Below are positions 28,198 to 41,719 of a stretch of 64,000 bases of DNA, in pieces (positions within the stretch are counted from its first letter, which is position 1; every line of letters begins with the position of its first letter). A model generated the notes under the pieces. It was not told the origin of the DNA and made no database searches. It saw nothing but the letters and a program-made list of their open reading frames with translations. Source of the DNA: Heptranchias perlo (Eukaryota); the NCBI RefSeq assembly GCF_035084215.1, contig NW_027139442.1, positions 8,432,001 through 8,496,000 on the forward strand. Direction: 5' to 3'. Both the position numbers and the translations under genes were made by a program.

Positions 28198-28572
28198 ATG
28201 CCTGAGGACAAGAAAGCAGCTCCCAAGAAGGGCGCCAAGAAAACCTTGAGTAAAGTACCAGCCAAGGGCGGCAAGAAGCGGAGAAAGGCGAGGAAGGAGA
28301 GTTACTCCATCTACGTCTACAAAGTGATGAAGCAGGTTCACCCCGACACCGGCATCTCCTCAAAGGCCATGAGCATCATGAACTCCTTTGTGAACGATAT
28401 TTTCGAGCGCATCGCGGGTGAGGCTTCCCGCCTGGCCCATTATAATAAACGCCGCACCATCAGCTCTCGGGAGATCCAGACCGCCGTTCGCCTGCTGCTG
28501 CCCGGGGAACTGGCCAAGCACGCCGTGTCGGAAGGGACAAAGGCGGTGACCAAATACACCAGCTCCAAGTAA
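28198..28572 (+). CDS. H2B: Histone H2B (copy 1)
   Basis: 124-aa H2B. CCAAT boxes, octamer-like CTCATTAGCAT and TATTTAA upstream; stem-loop 28607-28622. Confidence 0.97.
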   Translation: MPEDKKAAPKKGAKKTLSKVPAKGGKKRRKARKESYSIYVYKVMKQVHPDTGISSKAMSIMNSFVNDIFERIAGEASRLAHYNKRRTISSREIQTAVRLLLPGELAKHAVSEGTKAVTKYTSSK

Positions 28573-28606
28573 AACTCCACAATGTACTGAAAAAAATGAA
28601 CACAAA

Positions 28607-28622
28607 GGCTCTTTTAAGAGCC
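28607..28622 (+). terminator. Histone 3' stem-loop
   Basis: GGCTCTTTTAAGAGCC + ACCCA; HDE-like GAAGACGCTGT downstream. Confidence 0.95.
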
Positions 28623-29306
28623 ACCCACAGTCTCTCTGAAGACGCTGTACCGACACCTCTGGATGGAATTATTTACGGTAGATAGTTTGACACTAACTGT
28701 CTCTCTATAACTTGTCCTTTTGTGATTTCTCTTGATATCGGACAGATTCTCATAATCACTGCCGGGTATAATCTGTGTGTCGATGTTCAATTTACAGCCA
28801 ATAAACAAAAACGTGTCCCTGAACCTCTCATTTCAGTTCATTTTCCGCCCCTTCCCCCGCGTCTGACACTTCAGCGCTGTTTCAAGGCGGTGGATTCGAG
28901 TTCGGTCATTTCTTTCTCCTTCTCACGTTTGTTTGTTAATTATTCGGGACAAAACGAGGCTTTATTCCCGCCCGATTGAAAGGGAACGGAGAATGAAGCG
29001 GTTTGTAACAGATTCTGGAAGTTGTGACGACAAATGTGGAATAACAGAGTAAAAGATGAGATGTTTAAATATTTGTTTTTACGCGACATTATTTACTAAA
29101 TCCGCTTCTTGTGTTACAAATATATTGGCGGGCTTTTCAAATTTCAAAAAAACGGTTCTGGTCGGTATTTTCCGCCCTTTTCTCATTGCCGGCTATTGAG
29201 TGGTGAATGAAACAACCCTCTGATTGGTTTAACGAACAGCTCAATGAGATTGAGAACACATGGACCAACCACAAGTGCCCCCACTGCAGTCCTCCAGAAG
29301 GTATAA

Positions 29307-29756
<450 letters not shown>

Positions 29757-29786
29757 AGCGGACACGATTTGATCTGATAACCCAAA

Positions 29787-29802
29787 GGCTCTTTTCAGAG
29801 CC
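29787..29802 (+). terminator. Histone 3' stem-loop
   Basis: GGCTCTTTTCAGAGCC + ACCCA; HDE GAAAGGGCTG. Confidence 0.95.
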
Positions 29803-30316
29803 ACCCACTGTATCGGTGAAAGGGCTGGTTACTGTCGAAGCGAGTCATGAATCAATTTAATAGGGACTTGATTCCGATCCGAGAAACGAACAATAACTTG
29901 TTCAATACATATGATCCAGATCGGTCTGTTGCAGTACTCGCTTCAGGACAGCAGATGTCGCCAATCTCCCATAGATTGATCATTGCAGATTGTTTGGTGA
30001 ATGAGACAAAAAATAACAAAATCGTCAGAATTGTCAATTGGGCGGGTGGGATACAGAAATACCAGGGACGCATATGATTATTTTCTGTCTCATTCTCGGA
30101 CAACACTGGCTCAGTCTGAGTTATTTTGCCCAGATTTGAACAGATGCTGACTGATATGCTGATTATTGTGTCAGCGATTGCTGAATTAAGAATGTGAGTG
30201 AAATTTCTTTTTGGATGTGAGTGAGGGAATTATTCTGTCCCTGTCCGTCCCACATCTGCTCCCTCCCTTTTATGCATTTCCCATTCAAACAAGTTTCTCA
30301 AGGCCATGCGATTTCA

Positions 30317-31048
<732 letters not shown>

Positions 31049-31665
31049 TTAATCTTCAATTTCAAAAAGCCCGCCAATTTCAGAGCATCTAATAACAGTT
31101 TCAAGAAAATTTCATTTCCCTCCAGCAATTTAAGAATCTCTCTCTTCATAATCTCCATTATTTCCTTCTCCTCAGCTCAAATCTCAGGCTGTTTCACATT
31201 CCGATTCATTCTCTGATCTGTCTCTAAACGGGCGGGAATAAATTCCCGGTCATTGCTTTACGTAACGGGACAAAGTCCAGCTTCAATTTCAAAAATCCCG
31301 CCAGTTCCAGCCCGGTGAACCGCTCCTCAAACAGAAACTTCACATCGAACTGATAATTGAATGAGGGCAGGAAATAAACACCGAGCAGAGAGGACAGAGG
31401 GAGTGAGGAGGGATTTTAATTTGAGCGGAGAATGTAATGTCTGGGGAAAGACTCTGTATCACCGCCTGTTCATTTATACCGTGAAACCGGGAATTCCGCT
31501 CCTTCTCTCGGGATGGCCGAGAACCCCGGCCGTTGTTTCTGATCTCCCTGTACCGAGTGTTGGGGAATCTCCCCATACTAATTAAATATCAGAAACTGAT
31601 TCCCCACCCCGAGATCTTTCCTCTCCCCGTTCCCAGGTCAGTGCTCTCTCTGTGAGGCGGTGGGT

Positions 31666-31681
31666 GGCTCTTAGAAGAGCC
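31666..31681 (-). terminator. Histone 3' stem-loop (H4)
   Basis: GGCTCTTCTAAGAGCC + ACCCA; HDE AGAGAGCACTG. Confidence 0.93.
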
Positions 31682-31716
31682 TTTGTTTTGTTTCCGGTTT
31701 GAAAGGGTCGAATTGT

Positions 31717-32037
<321 letters not shown>

Positions 32038-32874
32038 TCACTCAAATCGCTGCTGAATGAACAGCAAACTGATGTTGGTTCCGTTTTTATGCAGCCTGCC
32101 CTGACCTGACTGAAACACACACAGGGTGAGAGAGGGAGGGGAGGAGATAGAGATAAATATTAAACAGGGAGGGGAGGAGACAGAGTGTGATATTAAACAG
32201 GGAGGGGAGGAGACAGTCAGAGTGACGGACAGAGCGGAGAGCGGCTTCTGATCTTCCAGCTCCACCTCCAGCTTTCTCCACCCGCCAATTTCAAACCGTT
32301 TATCGATAATAGAACCGAAACACAGCGCTCCGCACAAACCCTTACAGACTCGGGCTTCATAGAATCCCGGAGCTTTTCAATAAGCCCCATTACAATTAAC
32401 AGTCAGCAATATTCCTGCCAAAATACAGTCCCTTCCATAACAAGTCAACCCGCCTCCTTCCATTTCAGTCCCAGACCCGATTCTATCTCCCCGCACATTC
32501 CCTCCCAGACGGGTTCAGCAGTTTATAAACACTTTCTTCCAGCTGATTTGAAGAATCTCATGTGTTCAGGTTTGAATTGTGATAGCGGCGGTTCTCCGCC
32601 AGTTTTACCCTGTCACGGACTCTCGCCCTGAATCTGGGAGAAAAAATGAACTGGGACTGGTGCCGAACACACGCCAGTTCCAGTGAGGCCCGGCCCGGAC
32701 ATCCCATTCTCTCTATTTTATTACAGACATTGGGGGTCGGGCGGGGATAGCGAATGTCAGCGAGTCACCAGGACCCTGGGTTTATTTGAAATGATTTCTA
32801 TCTGAAATCTGAGCCCGGTCCCGGGACAGGAATCATCTGATTCCGGGATCAGCTCTTTTCTGAGAGACGTGGGT

Positions 32875-32890
32875 GGCTCTGAGAAGAGCC
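32875..32890 (-). terminator. Histone 3' stem-loop (H1)
   Basis: GGCTCTTCTCAGAGCC + ACCCA; HDE AAAAGAGCTG. Confidence 0.93.
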
Positions 32891-32926
32891 GTTGGGTTCA
32901 GATGGTCACAAGTTGCACTTGAGTTT

Positions 32927-33544
32927 TTACTTCTTTTTGCCCGCTGCTTTCTTGGGCTTTGCTGACTTCGGCTTGGGCTTGGCCCTCGGTTTTTCCACCT
33001 TCTTCGCCTTCGCCTTCACTGGCTTGGGGGTCTTGGGCTTCTTAGCCGCCGCTTTCTTCTTAATTGGTGATTTCGCCGCCTTTTTCGTGGTCGATTTCTT
33101 GACCGCTGGTTTCTTGGCCGTTAATTTCTTGACGGCTGTTTTTTTGGCCGCTGGTTTCTTTCCGGGAGATTTCTTGGTCACTTGTTTCTTCACCTTCTTT
33201 CCCACTTTTGCCTGGGTTTCCTTCTTAGCGACTCTGAAGGAGCCCGAGGCGCCCGTGCCCTTGATCTGCACCAGGGAGCCTTTTTCCACATTTCTCTTGA
33301 TACTTAATTTGATCTGGGACCGGTGCTTCTCCACATCCAGGCCTTTGGCAGCCAGAACCTTCTTTATCGCGGCCAGGGATATCCCCTTGCGATCCTTGCA
33401 ATCCGCCACAATCTTGAGGATCTGTTCGCCCAACGGGGGACCGGTGGTCTTGGGTCGGGGAACCGCCTTCTTCTTCTTCGGAGCCTTGGGTGGAGCGGCG
33501 GCGGCGGCAGGAGGAGCCGTTTCGGCGGCTGCAGTGTCTGTCAT
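32927..33544 (-). CDS. H1: Linker histone H1
   Basis: 205 aa; globular domain ending KGTGASGSF; K/A/P-rich tail; AC box AAACACA at 33689-33695 and a GC box upstream. Confidence 0.96.
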   Translation of the reverse strand: MTDTAAAETAPPAAAAAPPKAPKKKKAVPRPKTTGPPLGEQILKIVADCKDRKGISLAAIKKVLAAKGLDVEKHRSQIKLSIKRNVEKGSLVQIKGTGASGSFRVAKKETQAKVGKKVKKQVTKKSPGKKPAAKKTAVKKLTAKKPAVKKSTTKKAAKSPIKKKAAAKKPKTPKPVKAKAKKVEKPRAKPKPKSAKPKKAAGKKK

Positions 33545-35729
33545 GTCCGGGACTCTGTCGAAAATCTCTCTGACAGTCAGAGCTGGGTCAGAAATGAAAC
33601 GAGAGGCGGCGGCACAGAGCAACTTAAAGGCACAGAGCGGACGGGGCGGAGACATCCTGCTGTCAGCTCCCGGCCCCTCCAGCCTCTCTGTGTTTCTCTC
33701 TCCTCTTAAACTCCCCGATTCCAATTCAAATCGGGCACTCCAGAGTCCCAGACTAGCCCCTTCCTATATCTCACACCGGTATGTTTGCTGTCGAAAAACT
33801 TTCAACCGAATTAAAAGCACCAGTTTCGATTTAAACCCGTTTCATTGCTGCACTGATCGCGCTCTCTCACCCGATCGCTGACATGATCTCCGTTTTTCAC
33901 CTGAAATCTTGAATTGATCTGAAACTTTACCTTAAATTTCCACTTCGGAGCTTGGCAGGGGAGGAGGGCGATCCTTTGACAGGGATTTTTTAAAATTTTA
34001 CTCAAAAGGGACTCGGAAATCTGGCGATGAGTCCGGCCACACAAACACAGTGACATTAATCTAACCCATCCGCCCCTTTAACACACTCTCTCTGACACAA
34101 TGTTCACATCTTCACATTCACAGGACAAACTGTTCGCCAGATTGACAATTCCCGTGACATGCTTTCCTCACCGCTCGGCCTGTGCTGCAGATTCTCGGAG
34201 GTGAGTTGTCGTTTCCCAGCTCAGTAACTGTTAAACACTCCGAGCCCGGCGCTCCTCACAGTGTCTGGTCCCCAGATTCAGGGGCAGCAGCCAATCACAG
34301 CTGTGGATGTGATTATCCATATCTGGTTTTACATGATTATATTATTCACACTCAGCAATATGTTTGGTTGAGACGATAATACAAATTCTCCTCTCTGGGC
34401 TCCTCCAGTCTCTCTGTCTTTCTCTCCCTCCTCCTAAACTGACTGACAGACAACAGTAACTGGTGTCCTATCCGTCCCATTCTCAACACCCAGAGACGGC
34501 CAGTTGCTGAATAAATTCAACATTCATAGGCAGTCCAGTGTCAGGCCGTTACAGGCTGTTTCTCTCCACCTTTCCTTATTGGACTGGAGACTGATAAATG
34601 CACCGTCAGACCGGCTCATACATAATAGAAGGGACAGTGACCGTCTCACCAACAACACCGGAGGTCTGTTCACAGACACAGAATTAGTCTTTACCTTCCA
34701 ACAGGGTGTTCATATTACGCTCAATAACACTATCCCGCTTTCATGTACAGAGCTGGAGGGAGAGAAATACAGACGGACAGATAAAGAGACAGACAGAGAC
34801 AGGCACACAGACAAAGTATCATTCTCACACTTCCTCTCAGTGTGTCCGTTTCACACTCAGCAAACAGTATCCCACCTTCGTGTGCAGCGCTAGAGAGATA
34901 CAGACAGGCAGAGTATCAGCCATACGCTTCCCATCAGTCTCTCTGTATCACGCTCAGCAGCAGTATTCCACCTTCATATGTTGTACATAAGAGAGAGAGA
35001 AACTGACCTGCAATGTCCCGTTTTCACCCAGTAACAAATTGGAAAATTCTCCATTCCAATTGCCATTCCAAGCTGGAGTGACGGAAGATGCAGTCTCATC
35101 TCTCACTGTTATTATTTCAGAGACAGACACATTATTAATCCCACTCTCAGGGACAGTGTCACGCATTTAACCCTCTCTTGCATGTTGTACCCTCTGCAAT
35201 TTTGCAGCTCAGGGCCCTTCTGTATTTCTCTCAGTGACCGAGAGTTTCACTCCGATTGAAATAAACTGGGACTGTAGCCGTCAAATATTAATCCTACACG
35301 GTCCCAGCAAATACACCGACTCCCACTTTCCTCCGATGTTTCTCCAGGATTGGTTCGAGGAATCCGGACTCCAGATACGGAGTCACAAGTTTCTTTGTCA
35401 GTAAAGGGACCAAGAATGAACAGAACCAATTGGCTCATTTCACAGCCGCCCACTTTATCTCTGAAAGACTCTTTTCCATCAAAAGATACCGAGAGAAACA
35501 GCAGGGATGGAAACATCTAGTTTAATAGTAAGAGATTGTAAAGTCAGTCTGGATTCCAGCGTTAGGCACTGGTGGAATCCCATCTGTTTCCCATTCTGGT
35601 GCCTGTTCCTGCACTGCCTGTGGACCCCATTCCCTCTGACCTTTCCCCCAGACCCACTTCCTTTGCTCAGACTCTGAAAAATTCCAATTGGGGAAAGTTT
35701 CCATCGATTTTTGTATTGAGAATTAAACC

Positions 35730-36170
35730 AGATATCTGCGCATGCGCGACTCAGCCCCGCCCCCAGCGCTGGTTGTTGGTGAGCGGAAGAGCGCATGCGC
35801 GATCCCCTCCCCCAGCTCGGCCTGTGGGCGCCATTCCCTCAGTGAGCGGAAGAAGATGGTTTAAAACAGCCGGGAATGGAGAGATCACGGCCCCCGGGGG
35901 AAGGGAGCAAAGAGCAGCCTCGTTACAGCAGCTCATCGCTTCGGGACCGTGTCCGCAGATGGGCTCAGAGATCGGCATTGAGTCCGGGGGAACGTCAGGG
36001 GGAGTCCGGGGGCTGTTTGTAAGAGGCGGAGTGGATCACGAACTGGTCACGGAACATGGAGTGAGCGGGGGAAGGGAGAGGTCATTCTCGGGCTGTGTCC
36101 AGGGGAAGGGAGAGAGAATGGGGAGAAACTGCTATTTAAAATCATTGCTGCTTTCTCTCCCCAAACCAGT
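35730..36170 (+). promoter_or_regulatory. NRF1/ETS/SP1/YY1-type CpG promoter, copy 2
   Basis: Near-identical to 18940-19400; GCGCATGCGC at ~35738 and 35791-35800. Confidence 0.65.
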
Positions 36171-37199
36171 AGTGAATGTTCCTGGTTTAGTTCCAGTCTC
36201 ACCCTGTTTATTGTTATTGGACAGTGACGGGTGGAAACAGAGCCGGACAGTAAGGATGTGGGGAGTTACACAAAGAGCATCTGTTGCAGGCACCAGGTGA
36301 GAAGTGTGAAGGGCACATTTTAAACAACGGCTGTTTGATTTCGGTTGAACGGTTAGTCCCATGGGAGATGGGATTAGAAACCTGACGTGTGCAAAGGTCC
36401 CCGCCCCATCGGGTCGTCCCATTCATGGATCAGTGCAGAGGTTGGGTTGTGTCTGGATGTCACTAAATCGTTGTAAAATTGCCCAACACACCTGGTGTGC
36501 AGAAGCTGAGTGCTGCAGTACTGCAGTGGAGTCAGACACTGACACTGTTTGTATCACTGGTTCTCATTTGTGGATATTCAAAATAATCATTGACATGGAT
36601 ATTAATTAGAACACTTTTGTATTTTCTACCTCACTGGTTCTTGAGTTGCAAGACATAAATTTCTTCCTGCAGGCAAATCCTTGAAGGACCCAGAATCAGT
36701 GTTATGTTTCCTCCACTTGAGGCACAAGGAACAGTGCAGCCAACTCCTTCTCCCACACAGTAAGTACATTATCACACACAGCGCACAGAGACACAGACAG
36801 GTCATCAGTTCCACAGTCTCAGACAGCAGAAGTCGTCAGTCCCACACTGATCCCAAGATCCAGAGACACATTTTCAATCTAACAGTCAAACAGAGCAGGT
36901 GAGGCAGACACTGTTCCATTTCCCCCGAGCTGAGTCCCGCTGACAGGTAGATACAAAAATCCCAGTCCAAGATCACACTATCAGATGGAAAGGCACTGTA
37001 TCAATCTCACAATAGGGCAACATTAGCTACGAATTAAATACCAGATCGAAATCACACATGGCACCCGATTTAAAGGTGCAGAATGAATCCCAATAATGTA
37101 CCCTGAGATTCCAATTGATTACTCGCCCAGAACTCTCACACACATGTGAGTTTATACACTATGCGAATGGATATTGCATGTATCATGTGATACAAATTG

Positions 37200-40062
37200 C
37201 ATACGAGTCCAAAACTCATGTACAGTATCAGATTAAAAATGCTGTGAGAGTGTAATCTGAGAAACAAATTAGATATCAGTTTATAATGGACTCATATTGT
37301 GAGATGTAAAGATACAGTATCAATTCTATTAGTACAGACTGAGCTATACATTATACGCCATTTGAAAAGTGTCACCATATCAATTTGAAAGATACATTAT
37401 CTTTCACAATAGTACTCACAGAGATACAGATTTAATAGTAGTTCAAAAAGCACACAAATTATCTGATTAAAACCTACAGTGTCAAATCCTAAAGTGTATC
37501 CACATTTACCAATTAAATAATGAGAAATATGATCTAAACATGAAGATATTAAAGCTAAAATTTTTAATGCCATAATGCAATCTGAGAGAATAATTACATA
37601 CAGATACAGAATGAATCTCACACTCATATATAGTACCAGAGACTGACAGATGCAGAAGGAATCCCAAACTCACATACAATAATAGACTGACAGACACAGA
37701 GCGAATCCTACACTCACATATGGTACCAGAGATGACAGATATAGAATGAATCCCACACTGGCATACAGTACCAAGGGCTGATAGATATCTAGTTAATTAC
37801 TCACTCTCATAAAGTACTAGAGACTGACAGAAAGATAATGACTCCCACATTCACACAGTACCAGAGCCTGAGAGATACAGAATGAATCACACACTCACAC
37901 ACAGTACCAGAGACTGACAGATAGAGAATGCATCCCAAACCAACATGCAGTCTGAGAGGCTGCATTTACAGAAAGAATTCAACACCCACATACAAGACTG
38001 GAGACTGAAAGACACAGAATAAATCCCACACGCACAGTATCAGAGACTGCATATATAGAATAAATCACAAACTCACACACACCACTGACAAGATACAGAA
38101 TGAATCCCACACTGACAAACTGTTCCAGATACTGAGAGATACAAAATGAATCACACATTAGTGCAGGCTGAGTAACATTATTTACCAGTCCAAGAAGTAT
38201 CAGATTGAAAGATACAGTATCAATTCCATTAGTGCAGACTGATCTACACATTATATACCACTAAAAAAACTGATGCAGATTCAGACTGAAATATACAGTA
38301 TTCCATTCATGCAGACTGAGCTACACATCATATACAAGTTCAAAAATGTCACCATATCAGTTTGGAAGATGAACTAATTCACAATTGTGTTCCCATCGAT
38401 ACCGATTTAATAGTAGTCCAAAAAGTGCCCACATTCTCTGACTATATTCTAAAGCATTTCATTATCAACCAATTAAACACTGGGAAAAATATGCATTAAT
38501 TGAGGTATTAAAGATAAAGTTTTGAACACCATACTGTAAACGGAGATACAAATTACATACAGATAAGGAATGAATCTCACACTCAGATAGAGGGCCAGAG
38601 AGTGACACACAGAATGAAACCAGCACTCACACAATGTAACAGAGACTGACAGATACCGAATGAATCCTACATTCACACACAGTAAAAGGGACTGACAGAT
38701 ATAGAATGAATCACACACACCCACAGTACCAGAGCCTGACAGATACAGAATGAATCCCACACGCACAGACAGTACTAGGGACTGACAGATACAGAATGAA
38801 TCCCACACTCACAGACAGTACTAGGGACTGACAGATACAGAATGAATCTCACAGTCACACACATTAATGCAGTCTGAGTTACACATTACACATCAGTCCA
38901 AAAATCTCATAGTGTCAGATTGAAAGATACAGTATCAATTCCATTAGTGCAGACTGATCTACATATTATAAAGCACTACAAAAAACTGATAAAGATTCAG
39001 ACTGAAATATACAGTATACCTTTCAAGCAGACTGAGCTACACATCATATACAAGTTCAAAAATGTCACCATATCATTTTGGAAGATAAACTAATTCACAA
39101 TTTTTTTCCCATCGAATCAGATTTAATAGAAGTCCAAAAAGTGCCCACATTCTCTGATTATAACCGAAAACATTATATTTTAAAATGTATCATTATCTAC
39201 CAATTAAACACTGGGAAAAATTATTGATACATTGAGGTATTAATGAGAGAGTTTTGAACACCATACTGTAAACAGAGACACAAATTACATACAGATAAAG
39301 AATGAATCTCACACTCAGATAGAGGGCCAGAGACTGACATGCAAATTGAAAACAGCACTCAAACAATGTAACAGTGACTGACAGATACAGAATGAATCCT
39401 ACACTCACACACATTACAAGGGACTGACAGATACAGAATGAATCCTACACTCACACTCATTACAATGGACTGACAGATACAGAATGAATCCCACACTCAC
39501 ACACATTACAAGGGACTGACAGACATAGAATGAATCACACACTCCCACGGTACCAGAGACTGACAGATACAGAATGAATCCTAAACTCACACACTGTAGC
39601 ACAGACTAACAGAGACAAAATTTATATCACTCACAAACAGTACCACAAATTGATAGATGCAGAATGAAAGTCTCCCTCACATATAGCACCTGACACTGAC
39701 GGAAACAGACTGAAACGCTCATTCACACAAAATACCAGGGACTAACAGATATTGAATGAATCCCATACTCACACACAGTACCAGAGACTGACAGATACAG
39801 AGTTAATTCCACACTTATACACAGTACCTGAGACTGGCAGATACAGAATTAATCCCACTCTCATATACAGTGCCACAGACTTGCAGATACAGAATGATCC
39901 CAAACTCATATGTAGTGCCAGAGACTGAGAGATACAGAATTAACACCATGCTCACACTCAGTACCAGAGACTGGCAGATACAGAATGAATCCCACACTCA
40001 CACAGTATCAGATATTGACATGCAGAGTAAACCCCGCTCTCACACACAGTACTGGAGACTGA
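37200..40062 (+). repeat. Alternating 82-bp and 46-bp satellite arrays
   Basis: Same units as above, with an internal duplication 38160-38860 ~ 38865-39560. Confidence 0.85.
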
Positions 40063-41719
40063 CTTCTGCTGGACGTAAGCGAGAACTGTAAAAGAGCGGA
40101 ACAAATTCACATTTTATGTCGTGGTTACAGAAATCGGACAATGTGCAACGTGAGGAAAGGTTCTGTCTGTAACTTCTACTCCCGTATTTTTGCTCGTTTT
40201 GTTATTGAAAAATGATGACAATTGTTTCATAATAAAGTTTTTGTTTCACTCATTCGATAGTTGTGAATTTGCCCCATTATATTTCACTGTACATTGCGCA
40301 GTATTTCTCTCTGATTTCTCAGGAGACGATTTGCATTGCTCCTTTACCACATTTAGACACTTATTTTCCAAGCAGTATGTGGCCTCCTTATTCCCCCTGA
40401 AAAAATGCACCACCTCACACCTTTCTATATTGAAATTCAATGGCCATTGACACGGCCGTTCTGCAAGCTTATTTTGTCGTAGTCTTCCTCAGTATTGACT
40501 ACACCCCCTAAATTAATTAAAATCATTTAATACAGCATTACAACCAATGTTTTATCGAAAAAATGTTCTCCATTCCCAGTTTTTCTAAATCCCACCCGTA
40601 CAATATAATGTGAAGAATGAGTTTATCTTCTGTCCCTCTCTCTTCTGTAAACTTCAATGACCCGGGGTTTGGGGACATCTACTGGCCGGAAGCAGAACTG
40701 CAACAGTTCGGAACAAATTGCTGAAACCGGACAATGTGCAGTGTGAGCGTGTTTGTGATTGGTAGCAGGTATTAAATCTGATTTTTTAAACCTGACCATT
40801 AACCTTTAGTGTTTGTTATTGAAGAGTAAACAGAGCCGGACAGTAAGGATGTGGGGAGTTATACAAAAAGCATCTATTGCAGGCATCAGGTGAGAAGTTT
40901 GAAGGACACATTTTAAACAGTGGCTGTTTTGTTTCGGTTGAACGGTTAGTCCCATGGAAGAGGGGATTAGAAATCTGATATGTGCAAAGCTCCCCGCCCC
41001 ATCGGGTAGTCCCATTCATGGATCAGTACAGGGGTTGGGTTTTGTCTGAATGTCACTAAACTGTTGTAAAACAGCCCAACACACCTGGTGTGCAGAAGCT
41101 GAGTGCTGCAGTACTGCAGTGGAGTCAGACACTGACACTGTTTGTATCGCTGAATTTCATTTGTGGATATTCAATATTATTATTAACAGATATTAATCTG
41201 ATCACTTCTGCATTTTCTACCTCACCTGTTCTTGATTTACAAGAGATACGTTTCTTTCTACAGGCAAATACTTGAAGGAGCCAGAATGAATGTGAAATTT
41301 CCTCCACCCGAGGCAAAGGAACAGTGCAGCCAGCTGCTTCTCACACACAGTAGGTATATTCTCACTCTCAGAGCACAGAGACACAGACAGGTCATCAGTT
41401 CCACAGTCCCACACAGCAGAAGTAGTCAGTCCCACACTGATCCCAAGTTCCCGAGTCACATTTTCAATCCAACAGTCAAACAGAGCAGGTGAGGCAGACA
41501 CTGTTCCATTTCTCCCGAACTCTGTCCCGCTGACAGGGAGATTCAAAAATCCCAGCCCAAAATCACACGATCAGATTGTCAATTTCACAAAAGGGCAACA
41601 TTAGCCATGAAATAATTACCAAATATCCCGAGATTCAAATTGAATACTAGCCCAGAACTCTCTAACACACGTGAGTTTAATACATGCAGTATCCATTCGA
41701 ATGGTGTATCATTCAAATA

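Noticed and set aside
32892-33881. 329-aa hydrophobic ORF and other antisense ORFs over histone genes
   Set aside because: Antisense shadows of biased histone codon usage.
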